Assembly: GCA_012518905.1 (NCBI GenBank)
Contig: JAAYRF010000008.1
Span: 1 to 60,114, forward strand
Reading direction: 5' to 3'
Source: Bacillota bacterium
GTDB lineage: Bacteria > Bacillota > Limnochordia > DTU087
DNA: 60,114 bases
Shown one piece after another: positions 11,230 through 19,424 of this stretch (position 1 is the stretch's first letter; each line of letters starts with the position of its first letter). Under the pieces are notes generated by a model. It saw nothing but the letters and a program-made list of their open reading frames with translations. It was not told where the DNA came from and searched no databases. The translations under genes and the position numbers were made by a program.

Positions 11230-12255
11230 CTATTGACCAAGCCTATCTAGGAACCCCTCAATAATTGGCAAACGCAAATCGGTATGGTCACAAAACATCT
11301 CATATACCCGCTCTATGTGCCCCATATCACTCATCATTAGTGCCTCGGCCCCCGGCGCCATACCTAGTTCTGCTGCTCCGTCTCGAGCGGATAGATAAAT
11401 ACTGAGCAATCGACGCAGTGCAGCCACCACCTGAAAATACTCAATATCTAGGATTTTCGTCTTTGAGATCTCCTGATACTGCTTCAATACAAGCTCCCCT
11501 ACCTCCTTGGAGGCGTAGGTACTCATCAAGAGGATAGTCCATGCCAGATCAAAACGAAAATCCTGGAGCCGAGCTCCCCCCCAGTCGATCACAAACGGAT
11601 TTTCGCCATCTTTCATGAGGATGTTTTCAGGGTGGAAATCGCAATGGGTAAGGCAAGGTTCCTGCCAGACAACTCGGTCATAGCCAACAGTCAACCACCG
11701 GAAGGCTGACTCAAACCCAGGGCCGGCCACCTGCTGCCACGCCTTGATTTGCAGAGCAAAATCACGATCCTCTGGCAACATAAGTAGTAAGACATCTTCA
11801 TGTTCACGCCAATTCCAGTGGTGTAAATCCACCAGCAGTTGGCAAAACAGAGTCAGAAGCTCCCCTTGAGATCCTGAATCAGCATAGAATAGGTCCCCTA
11901 GGGAAGTCCCTGGGATTTTCTCCATCAGCATAAAAGGCTTGCCTAGGTGAGCCAATGATGGCTCTACATGGTATACAGTAGGTACGGGAAAACCGGTTCT
12001 GCCAAGAAGATCCATGATCCCGAACTCCCGGCGGGATTTTCCCACACCGTCCTGCCCAGGGTATACCCGGAGAATCAGATCTTTGCCGCTGCTTTCGCCT
12101 TGGAAAGCAAGCTGAAAAGAGTAAACTTCGTTTTCCCAGCCACCAGTTATGCTCTGGAAATCACGGAGGATAGCAGTGCCCCTATTAGGCCAGCACTTCT
12201 CTACATATGCCTGCAATCTGTGTAATCGTTCCTCTAGATTCCCCGAGGTCTCCAT
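11230..12255 (-). CDS. phosphotransferase enzyme family protein (APH / choline-kinase fold)
   Basis: Catalytic loop HCDFHPENILM and metal-binding VIDWGGA. GGGAGGGAGG SD ahead of the ATG at 12255. Confidence 0.85.
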   Translation of the reverse strand: METSGNLEERLHRLQAYVEKCWPNRGTAILRDFQSITGGWENEVYSFQLAFQGESSGKDLILRVYPGQDGVGKSRREFGIMDLLGRTGFPVPTVYHVEPSLAHLGKPFMLMEKIPGTSLGDLFYADSGSQGELLTLFCQLLVDLHHWNWREHEDVLLLMLPEDRDFALQIKAWQQVAGPGFESAFRWLTVGYDRVVWQEPCLTHCDFHPENILMKDGENPFVIDWGGARLQDFRFDLAWTILLMSTYASKEVGELVLKQYQEISKTKILDIEYFQVVAALRRLLSIYLSARDGAAELGMAPGAEALMMSDMGHIERVYEMFCDHTDLRLPIIEGFLDRLGQ

Positions 12256-12489
12256 AGTCCTCCCTCCCAGACTTGGGCATCAGCCTATGTGCTCAAATCA
12301 GTCTCTGCGGTATAATAGGATACCTGACCTATTATCCAGGACAGAAATCCTACTACGTGTCATATAGATAGTTTCACTACCAACAACTAAACCCCTTTGC
12401 CATCGTATACGCATAGCACCTTTTCCCAAACGATGTCAGTAGGGAGATGGACACCATCTGTTGAATGATATATTATGAAGCACAAAACA

Positions 12490-12498
12490 TGGTATAAT
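12490..12498 (+). promoter_or_regulatory. extended -10 element (TGgTATAAT) ahead of the small ORF and ABC-2 operon
   Basis: TGGTATAAT read directly on the plus strand, 49 nt before the small-ORF ATG. A second TATAAT lies at 12311-12316. Confidence 0.45.
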
Positions 12499-12546
12499 TT
12501 TGGCCTGGGAATGACCATGGAAAATCCCCGGAAGGAGTGAGCAGGC

Positions 12547-12612
12547 ATGTTATCGTTGATCGGCGCAATAGTAGTGATTTGGATTGTGGTCAACTACTTA
12601 AAGACTCACTAA
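12547..12612 (+). CDS. candidate 21-aa hydrophobic peptide (MLSLIGAIVVIWIVVNYLKTH)
   Basis: ATG with a strong GGAAGGAGTG SD 7 nt upstream. It encodes a single predicted TM helix and a TAA stop. It is missing from the ORF track because it is too short. Confidence 0.4.
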   Translation: MLSLIGAIVVIWIVVNYLKTH

Positions 12613-12622
12613 TAGCGATACC

Positions 12623-12655
12623 ATAGGGAAATAGCTTGCAAGGCTATTTCCCTAT
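12623..12655. other. perfect 13-bp stem-loop (ATAGGGAAATAGC / GCTATTTCCCTAT, 7-nt loop) with no U-tract
   Basis: Read directly. It sits 10 nt after the small-ORF stop and 53 nt before the ABC-2 permease ATG. Confidence 0.7.
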
Positions 12656-12708
12656 ACATTGATGCAGTGTATGCCAGCCACACGCACCGGGACTAGGAGA
12701 GTCAGGTC

Positions 12709-13743
12709 ATGAATTTTCGCCGAATACGTGCCATTATCCATAAGGACTTTATCGAAGCTTTGCGGAACAAAACGATTCTAATCGCAATCTTTCTCCCTCT
12801 AGCTGCCTCACTGTCTTTGGCCGTTATCGATAGTGCTCAAAGACCCCAGTTTTTCCAGATAGGTATAACCGGAGAGGCGAGCTATCCAATGGGAATCTTC
12901 TTGATGGCATCGGCTGGGGATAACTTACACATAACCCCCTACGACGGTGTGGCCGAAGGTACCGAAGCGGTAAAACAAGGCAAAGCCGATGCATTGATCC
13001 TGGCAGAGTCAGAAGGCCAATTTAGAGTCTATGCCGATGGTACCAACCCTCTAGCGTATCTGAGCCTCAAGGAGCTTTTAGAGACTCTGCTATCGGCTTA
13101 CGTAGGCCGTCCATCGGAGCCCGTTCTGGAGCTGGTTTTAGTCAATGAAGGACAAGCCAGCACCTCGGTTCTACCCCTGTGGCTTACCATTACAACTGTC
13201 ATGATCGGAGTCATGATCCTCTCGGGAAGCTTCTCCGAGGAGAAGGAAAAAGGCACCCTGGATAACATCCGCATATCTCCTACCGCCGACGGGGAAATCC
13301 TGATCAGCAAGGGCATATCCGGTGCCTTGCTTATATTACTGGTCTCCTTTGCCATGCTGCTTCTTAACGGGGTCTCTTTCCACGGAAAGGGAATGCTTCT
13401 TGGCTGCATCTTGCTATTGGCGCTAGGTGCCATTAGTTTTACTTCCATAGGGCTTTTGATTGGCCTGTTGACCAAAACGCAATCGGCGGCCCGTGCCATT
13501 AGTACCATTGTCTATTTCCCTTTGATCTACCCGGCTATGGCCGCCGATATCGCCCCATCCACCCAGCATTTGGCAAAGGTTCTGCCTAGCTTTTATCTTT
13601 ATCGGGGCCTAAGGGAAATCTTAAACTACCAGTCACCCATAACCACAATCAAACCCGATATCATAGGGCTAGTAATCTTTGCTATCATCTTCTTTGGGGC
13701 TACGCTCCTTGGATACCGAGCCGTCCTTCATAGGGATAGCTGA
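12709..13743 (+). CDS. ABC-2 type transporter permease
   Basis: N-terminal TM, a large extracytoplasmic loop of about 110 aa, then five hydrophobic segments. AGGAGAG SD 7 nt upstream. It is followed by an ABC ATPase. Confidence 0.85.
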   Translation: MNFRRIRAIIHKDFIEALRNKTILIAIFLPLAASLSLAVIDSAQRPQFFQIGITGEASYPMGIFLMASAGDNLHITPYDGVAEGTEAVKQGKADALILAESEGQFRVYADGTNPLAYLSLKELLETLLSAYVGRPSEPVLELVLVNEGQASTSVLPLWLTITTVMIGVMILSGSFSEEKEKGTLDNIRISPTADGEILISKGISGALLILLVSFAMLLLNGVSFHGKGMLLGCILLLALGAISFTSIGLLIGLLTKTQSAARAISTIVYFPLIYPAMAADIAPSTQHLAKVLPSFYLYRGLREILNYQSPITTIKPDIIGLVIFAIIFFGATLLGYRAVLHRDS

Positions 13744-13767
13744 AATCCTTCGAAAGTGGTGATCTAT

Positions 13768-14691
13768 ATGGCCGATTCTCCAGCGATTATCGTCCAAGAT
13801 CTGGTGAAAAGATACCGCCATGCACAGACTTTAGCCCTAAAAGGCCTGAACTTCCATGTCAACTCGGGGGAGATATTTGGCTATCTCGGACCCAATGGTG
13901 CCGGTAAGACTACTACCATCCGCATCCTTGCAGGGCTAAGTCGGCCGACCAAGGGCTACTGTCGCGTTTTGGGCCAAGATACTGCTTCCAACCCCACCCT
14001 TTACAACCATCTGGGAGTAGTGTTTGAAGAAAGCCATCTTTATGAGAGGCTCTCGGGCTTGGAGAATCTACGCTTTTTCGCCTCACTCCATGGAGTACCC
14101 CAAGACAGAGTGTTAAGTCTACTGGAGGAATATGGTCTTGCCAAGGCAGCCAAGAGGCCAGTAGGCACTTACTCCAAGGGAATGAAAAGACGGCTGCTCA
14201 TTTGCCGGGCCTTGCTCCATGACCCTGATGTGCTTGTTATGGATGAACCTACTAGTGGCTTGGATCCCACGTCTGCCGGTGTAATCCACCGCGCCATCGA
14301 GGCTTTCCGCCGGCAAGGCAAAACCATCTTCCTTAGCACCCACGATATGGCGGAGGCCGATGCTCTTTGTGACCGGGTAGCCTTTATAAATCAAGGGCAA
14401 ATTGCCGCCCTCGATCGACCGAGTACTCTTAAGCGTCAGTATGGTCAGCCGGTTATCGTCGTGGAGATGCAACCGGGAGAGCATGGCGTAGAGGCAATCA
14501 AAGGGGTAATACCCACCGCCCGGATATCATGGGAAGAGGACCTGGTTAAGGTGAGCCTACCCCTTGACCAACCAGATCTCGGCACCAGCATAGACCGAAT
14601 TCGGGAATATGGTGAAGTTCTGACCATTCATTCCCAAGAAGCCTCTCTAGGCCAGGTTTTTCAAACTGTTACCGGTGCCGGCCTCCACTAA
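13768..14691 (+). CDS. ABC transporter ATP-binding protein (DrrA/CcmA-like exporter ATPase)
   Basis: Walker A GPNGAGKTT, signature-like YSKGMKRRL and Walker B LVMDEPTSGLD. The ATG at 13768 is preferred over the GTG at 13756, which has no SD. Confidence 0.9.
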   Translation: MADSPAIIVQDLVKRYRHAQTLALKGLNFHVNSGEIFGYLGPNGAGKTTTIRILAGLSRPTKGYCRVLGQDTASNPTLYNHLGVVFEESHLYERLSGLENLRFFASLHGVPQDRVLSLLEEYGLAKAAKRPVGTYSKGMKRRLLICRALLHDPDVLVMDEPTSGLDPTSAGVIHRAIEAFRRQGKTIFLSTHDMAEADALCDRVAFINQGQIAALDRPSTLKRQYGQPVIVVEMQPGEHGVEAIKGVIPTARISWEEDLVKVSLPLDQPDLGTSIDRIREYGEVLTIHSQEASLGQVFQTVTGAGLH

Positions 14692-14788
14692 AGGTCACTG
14701 CTTTGGATTTTCTCCTTAGCTTTGCACAGCCGCCACCAGCTGATCCACCATCGCCTTTGTCAGAGTGCATAATATGGTTATGAGTTAT

Positions 14789-15739
14789 TCAAGCCTTCCG
14801 AGCTATCACCTTCTGGATGGCAGTAACAATGGCCTCGGGGGTAAGCCCATAGTGTTTAAGAAGCTCATCCGGTCTTCCCGATCGGCCAAAAACATCCTTG
14901 ACCCCAACCCTCTCCATAGGTACGGGATGGGTCTCTACCAGAACTTCAGCAACCGCACCGCCCAAACCTCCTAAGATATTGTGCTCCTCCGCGGTGACTA
15001 TGGCCCCCGTCTCCTGGGCAGCCTTGACAATAGCTTCGGTGTCAATCGGTTTGACTGTCGCCATATCCAGTACTCGCACCTGTATACCATGGGATTTGAG
15101 CAGCTTGGCGGCCTCTAGAGCCTGGGACACCATGATGCCGCAAGCGATGATGGTAGCGGCATCTCCGTCCTCAATGAGTGTGGCCTTGCCCATCCTGAAC
15201 TCATATGCCTCATCGAAGATCAATGGCCATGCGCCACGGCCCATTCGCAGATACACAGGGCCCGTGTATTCAGCTACTGCTTTGACTGCTGCCGCGGCCT
15301 CTATTCCATCGGCGGGCACAATAACTGTCATGCCGGGAATCGCCCGCATCAAAGCAACATCCTCCAGCATTTGATGGGAACCGCCATCCTCTCCCACTGT
15401 TACCCCAGCGTGGGTGGCAGCGATTTTCACATTTAGCCCGGCATAAGCCACGGTGTTGCGTATTTGATCGTAGGCTCTACCCGCGGCAAATACCGCGAAG
15501 GTGCTGGCAAAAGGGATCTTCCCAGCCAAAGCCAATCCTGCCGCTGTGCCTATAAGATCCTGTTCAGCGATTCCTACCTGGATAAAACGGTCAGGAAACT
15601 CCCGAGCAAAACCGACTGTCTTGGTCGATTGTGATAGGTCGGCATCTAGTACCACTATCTTCGGATTCGTTTTTCCTAGTTCCACTAAAGCCTCTCCATA
15701 GGCATCTCGAGTCGCTTTTTTCAAAGCCATACCCTTCAT
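14789..15739 (-). CDS. transketolase, C-terminal (pyrimidine-binding) subunit
   Basis: 316 aa. Its start overlaps the stop of the N-terminal subunit by 4 nt. The sequence (FGIAEQDLIGTAAGLA...) is typical of split transketolases. Confidence 0.9.
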   Translation of the reverse strand: MKGMALKKATRDAYGEALVELGKTNPKIVVLDADLSQSTKTVGFAREFPDRFIQVGIAEQDLIGTAAGLALAGKIPFASTFAVFAAGRAYDQIRNTVAYAGLNVKIAATHAGVTVGEDGGSHQMLEDVALMRAIPGMTVIVPADGIEAAAAVKAVAEYTGPVYLRMGRGAWPLIFDEAYEFRMGKATLIEDGDAATIIACGIMVSQALEAAKLLKSHGIQVRVLDMATVKPIDTEAIVKAAQETGAIVTAEEHNILGGLGGAVAEVLVETHPVPMERVGVKDVFGRSGRPDELLKHYGLTPEAIVTAIQKVIARKA

Positions 15740-16575
15740 TCCTTTCCTCCGGCTAATTCCGCCAAGGCTTGTTCAACCTGTTCTGGGGAGGGAGCGGAGC
15801 CATGCCAGCCCACTTGGTTTTCCATAAACGATACACCCTTACCCTTCACGGTGTGGGCTACGATCACTGTAGGCTGTCCCTTAGTACCCCGGGCTAGGTT
15901 CAGGGCAGATATGATCTGACCTATATCGTGGCCATCGATATCAATAGCAACCCAACCAAAGCTACGGAAGCGTCGGGCCACATCGGTAATACCCATAACT
16001 TCCCGCACATCGCCATCAATCTGCAGCTTGTTATAATCAACTATGGCCACCAGGTTATCCAGATTGTAATGGGAGCTAGTCATAACTGCTTCCCAGACCA
16101 TGCCTTCTTCCAGTTCACCGTCGCCCAAAAGCGCATATACTCTATACTCTCCGCCATCCAACTTCGCTGCCAATGCCATACCATTGGCAATGGAAAGGCC
16201 TTGTCCCAGGGAACCGGTGGAGGCCTCCACTCCCGGAGTCTGCTTCATGTCGGGGTGACCCTGGAGATGGCTGTTGAGCTTGCGGAGGGTTAGTAAATCA
16301 TCCACCGGGAAATACCCTTTTTCTGCCAAACATGCATAGAGAATAGGAGCCGCATGCCCCTTGGACAAGATAAATCGGTCCCGCTCTGGCCAGTCCGGCC
16401 TGGATGGATCAACGCGCATCTCATGCCAATAAAGCACCGCCATGATATCTGCCGCAGAGAGTGAACCGCCCGGATGTCCCGAACCTGATTCTCCCAGCAT
16501 CTCGATAACGCGCTGTCTAAGCACCCTCGCCTGTCCTGACAGTGCCTCTATTTTCTGCTGCTTACAACTAGCCAC
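15736..16575 (-). CDS. transketolase, N-terminal (TPP-binding) subunit
   Basis: GHPGGSLS and GDGELEEG TPP motifs. The GTG at 16575 has an AAGGAGTG SD 5 nt upstream and removes the overlap with yitT that the 328-aa ORF-track version creates. Confidence 0.9.
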   Translation of the reverse strand: MASCKQQKIEALSGQARVLRQRVIEMLGESGSGHPGGSLSAADIMAVLYWHEMRVDPSRPDWPERDRFILSKGHAAPILYACLAEKGYFPVDDLLTLRKLNSHLQGHPDMKQTPGVEASTGSLGQGLSIANGMALAAKLDGGEYRVYALLGDGELEEGMVWEAVMTSSHYNLDNLVAIVDYNKLQIDGDVREVMGITDVARRFRSFGWVAIDIDGHDIGQIISALNLARGTKGQPTVIVAHTVKGKGVSFMENQVGWHGSAPSPEQVEQALAELAGGKE

Positions 16576-16651
16576 TTTATCACTCCTTCTCGACCTTCTT
16601 GCTCTATACCGATATTCCGCTAATGGCGCCGCTTTCCTGCCGAGCCCCGTC

Positions 16652-17503
16652 TCACATTCCCTTGAAGCCTTCGCCGAGCACCTCCCGAACATCACTAATG
16701 ACCACAAAGGCTCTAGGATCAATATCCCGCACCATTTCCTTAATAGCCGCGATTTCTGAACGGGTCACAATGACAAAAAGCACCTGTCGTTCATTGCCGG
16801 TGAACATCCCTGTTCCCTGTAATGCGGTAACGCCTCGCCCCAGCTGTTCCATGACGACTTGAGCAATCTGGGTTGGCTTTTGGGAAATGATATAGGCTGC
16901 CTTATTATAGCCAATGCCCTCTTGGACTAGGTCAATCGCTTTCGAGGAAAGAAAAAGACTCAAGAAAGCATATAATGCCAACTCAGGGCCGAAAACGATC
17001 CCCGCCAAAAGGATAATTCCTGTATCTACCATAAGCAAAGATTGCCCTATAGGCGTGCCGGTAAAGTGATTCACCAAAAGGGCTGCCAAATCTGTACCGC
17101 CAGTAGAACCACGGTATCTCATGGCAAGGCCGATACCTACTCCTCCAATACTACCCCCGTAAATGGCAGCTAACAGCGGATCCGCGGTAATAGGGGTAGT
17201 AATAACTCCAAACACGTCGGTTAGTATACCTAGTAAAACAGCTCCATAGACACTCTTTAGTCCAAACCTGGGGCCAAGAAAGTGAAAAACTGCGATAAAC
17301 AGAGGAATGTTATAGATCAAAATGGTCATGCCTACGGGAAAACCCCATAAGTGTAGGAAAATCGTGCCCAGTCCTCCGGCGCCTCCGCCGGCAATCTTAT
17401 TGGGGATCAAGAACCAATTATAGGCTAAAGCAGTTGTAGCTACACCTAAAGATACCATGATATATTCATAGGCAACCCGTTGCCACCGCGACACTACCGA
17501 CAC
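16652..17503 (-). CDS. YitT family membrane protein (C-terminal DUF2179 domain)
   Basis: Five or six TM segments with a G-rich YitT-type pattern, then a soluble C-terminal domain (VLFVIVTRSEIAAIKEMVRDIDPRAFVVISDV). Confidence 0.8.
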   Translation of the reverse strand: MSVVSRWQRVAYEYIMVSLGVATTALAYNWFLIPNKIAGGGAGGLGTIFLHLWGFPVGMTILIYNIPLFIAVFHFLGPRFGLKSVYGAVLLGILTDVFGVITTPITADPLLAAIYGGSIGGVGIGLAMRYRGSTGGTDLAALLVNHFTGTPIGQSLLMVDTGIILLAGIVFGPELALYAFLSLFLSSKAIDLVQEGIGYNKAAYIISQKPTQIAQVVMEQLGRGVTALQGTGMFTGNERQVLFVIVTRSEIAAIKEMVRDIDPRAFVVISDVREVLGEGFKGM

Positions 17504-17515
17504 CCACCCTCTCCT

Positions 17516-18265
17516 TTATCTGCCGGTCAACTTAGTACACACCACCTGATACACAAACCTCGGCAAGGCCAGCATCCGACCGATCCTCCTAGGATCTGTC
17601 GCCAGCCTGTATAGCCACTCTAGTCCATGATCACTCATCCAAGCCGGTGCTCGCTTAACTCGGCCTGACCAAACATCGAAACTCCCCCCTACCCCAACCG
17701 CCATCCCCACTTGTAGTTCATTGAAATGCTTGGCAATCCACAGCTCTTGTCGAGGCGCCCCCAGGGCAACCAGGAGAATATCTGGTGCCAATCCTCGGAT
17801 CTCAGCCACAACCTCTTCTTCCTCCATGTTACCAAAATAGCCATCTCGATACCCTGCGATATTGAAGCCGGGATATTTCGATTGCATCTTGGCGGCAGCC
17901 TCCTGGGCTACCCCCGGTTTAGCTCCAAGGAAATACACTGATAATCCCGTGCCCGCCGCCCACTTCACTAACTTCTCTGCTATCTCTACTCCTGGAAGCT
18001 TCTCCAGCAAGCAACCTCCCAGCCTGCGGGCAGCCCATATAATCCCCGACCCGTCGGCCAAAAGCAGGTCCGCTCGGCCAAGAGTCTGAGCTACTTCCCT
18101 GCTTTCTCTTGCCCGAATCACCAGTTCCGCATTGACAGTAACCAGCCATGTCCTCTGGCTGGCTGCCTGCCTGCGTTCAAGAAGCTCAAGCAGTTCTCTT
18201 TCTGTAATCTGGTGAATTGGTACTCCCAGGATGTCCACGGTAGGAACGTCTATCCCGGTGGCCAT
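17516..18265 (-). CDS. WecB/TagA/CpsF family glycosyltransferase
   Basis: 249 aa with LLLADGSGIIWAAR and GVGGSFDVWSG motifs typical of TagA-type ManNAc transferases. Confidence 0.85.
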   Translation of the reverse strand: MATGIDVPTVDILGVPIHQITERELLELLERRQAASQRTWLVTVNAELVIRARESREVAQTLGRADLLLADGSGIIWAARRLGGCLLEKLPGVEIAEKLVKWAAGTGLSVYFLGAKPGVAQEAAAKMQSKYPGFNIAGYRDGYFGNMEEEEVVAEIRGLAPDILLVALGAPRQELWIAKHFNELQVGMAVGVGGSFDVWSGRVKRAPAWMSDHGLEWLYRLATDPRRIGRMLALPRFVYQVVCTKLTGR

Positions 18266-18269
18266 GATC

Positions 18270-19424
18270 TCAACCCTCCGTTCTTCCTATGGCAGTCCTT
18301 GCAGCTAAAGCGCCTACATGGACCCCGAGCCTTTTAGTTGCTGTATGGACACGCTCAGCTAACTCCCCTGTCCTAGCCTCTATCTGAAGTACTACTTCCT
18401 CTCTTTCTTTGGCCAATCTCCGGAGCGCTTGAGCCAAGCTGCTTGGTTCTATAGGTCTTGTCGTCGCATCGGCTAGATTAAATGCAAGATGCCCCAGTCC
18501 CAACTCCTTAAGAAACTCTTTGACCTTGGGATCATAGGCGAGTCCCACCATGGGAATTCCCCAGATCGCGGCGAAAATCAGAGCATGCAGCCGCATACTC
18601 AGGCAGTAGTCTGCCTGGCCGAATAGGGGCAATATCTCCTCAGCATAAAGAGGCTGATCCCAGATTACTGCATACTCATCCATCATCTGGGCACACCTTT
18701 GGCAAAGAGGATAGTCCTCCTTGAATTGGAAGGGCAAGAAGACGATCTGCCATCCGTCTCGGGCAAGACTGTCTAAAGCAGTGGCCACCAGCGCTAGGCT
18801 GCTGGCCAAGGACGGCCAGGGTCTTAAAGAGACGAATAGAACCGGCCCGTTTCCCCGAAGTTTGCCTTTGAGCTTGTCCTGCAAAGGATTGGTAGCAGGG
18901 GCCTTTAGGCTAAGAACAGGGTCAGCACCTAGATACAGCTTCTCCCGACTAAATCCCCAAGCCAAGAGCTGGTCATAGGCTCCCTGATCTCGGACTATCA
19001 CCAGCTCTGTCTGGCCCAATGCCCAAAGGGCGAGACGCTGATTCCACCTATGGCGTAAGGGACCTATCCCCTGTCCATATATGATCACAGGCAGCCTGTA
19101 CAGCCGAGCCCACAGGAGCATGGCCAGATAATAATAAAGAGACCTGGAGCTCGTGACATCCTGAAGCAAAGTTCCGCCTCCACATATTAGTAATTGGCTA
19201 GTCCGCAAAGCGGCGGAAACCGCCCTTACATCATACCGAAAAATAGACTCCACGCCATGTTCTTCAATAGTTGCCTGGGGATCACCGGATAGTACGATAA
19301 ACCGTGCTCCTGGCCATAGGGTGGCAAGCTCCCGCAGTATGGCCGCTAACACAGCTTCATCACCGACATTGCCAAAACCATAGTAACCCAAAATGAGCAC
19401 TTGTTCTATCGAAGAAACCCTCAA
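18270..19424 (-). CDS. csaB: polysaccharide pyruvyl transferase CsaB
   Basis: The N-terminal ILGYYGFGNVGDEAVLAAIL motif is characteristic of CsaB. It overlaps the upstream gene by 4 nt. Confidence 0.85.
   Translation of the reverse strand: MRVSSIEQVLILGYYGFGNVGDEAVLAAILRELATLWPGARFIVLSGDPQATIEEHGVESIFRYDVRAVSAALRTSQLLICGGGTLLQDVTSSRSLYYYLAMLLWARLYRLPVIIYGQGIGPLRHRWNQRLALWALGQTELVIVRDQGAYDQLLAWGFSREKLYLGADPVLSLKAPATNPLQDKLKGKLRGNGPVLFVSLRPWPSLASSLALVATALDSLARDGWQIVFLPFQFKEDYPLCQRCAQMMDEYAVIWDQPLYAEEILPLFGQADYCLSMRLHALIFAAIWGIPMVGLAYDPKVKEFLKELGLGHLAFNLADATTRPIEPSSLAQALRRLAKEREEVVLQIEARTGELAERVHTATKRLGVHVGALAARTAIGRTEG

Noticed and set aside
12387-12593. 68-aa minus-strand ORF in the APH / ABC-2 intergenic region.
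   Set aside because: It has no SD and an implausible composition. It overlaps the better-supported plus-strand promoter and SD of the 21-codon ORF.
13098-13508. 136-aa ORF antisense to the ABC-2 permease. Similar long antisense ORFs lie at 14898-15374, 31841-32257, 33356-33979, 40255-40707, 49501-50130 and 56622-57100.
   Set aside because: Each lies wholly inside a well-supported gene on the opposite strand. They have Ser/Arg/Pro/Ala-rich low-complexity translations and no SD. This is typical of the stop-codon-poor antisense frames of mid- to high-GC genes.
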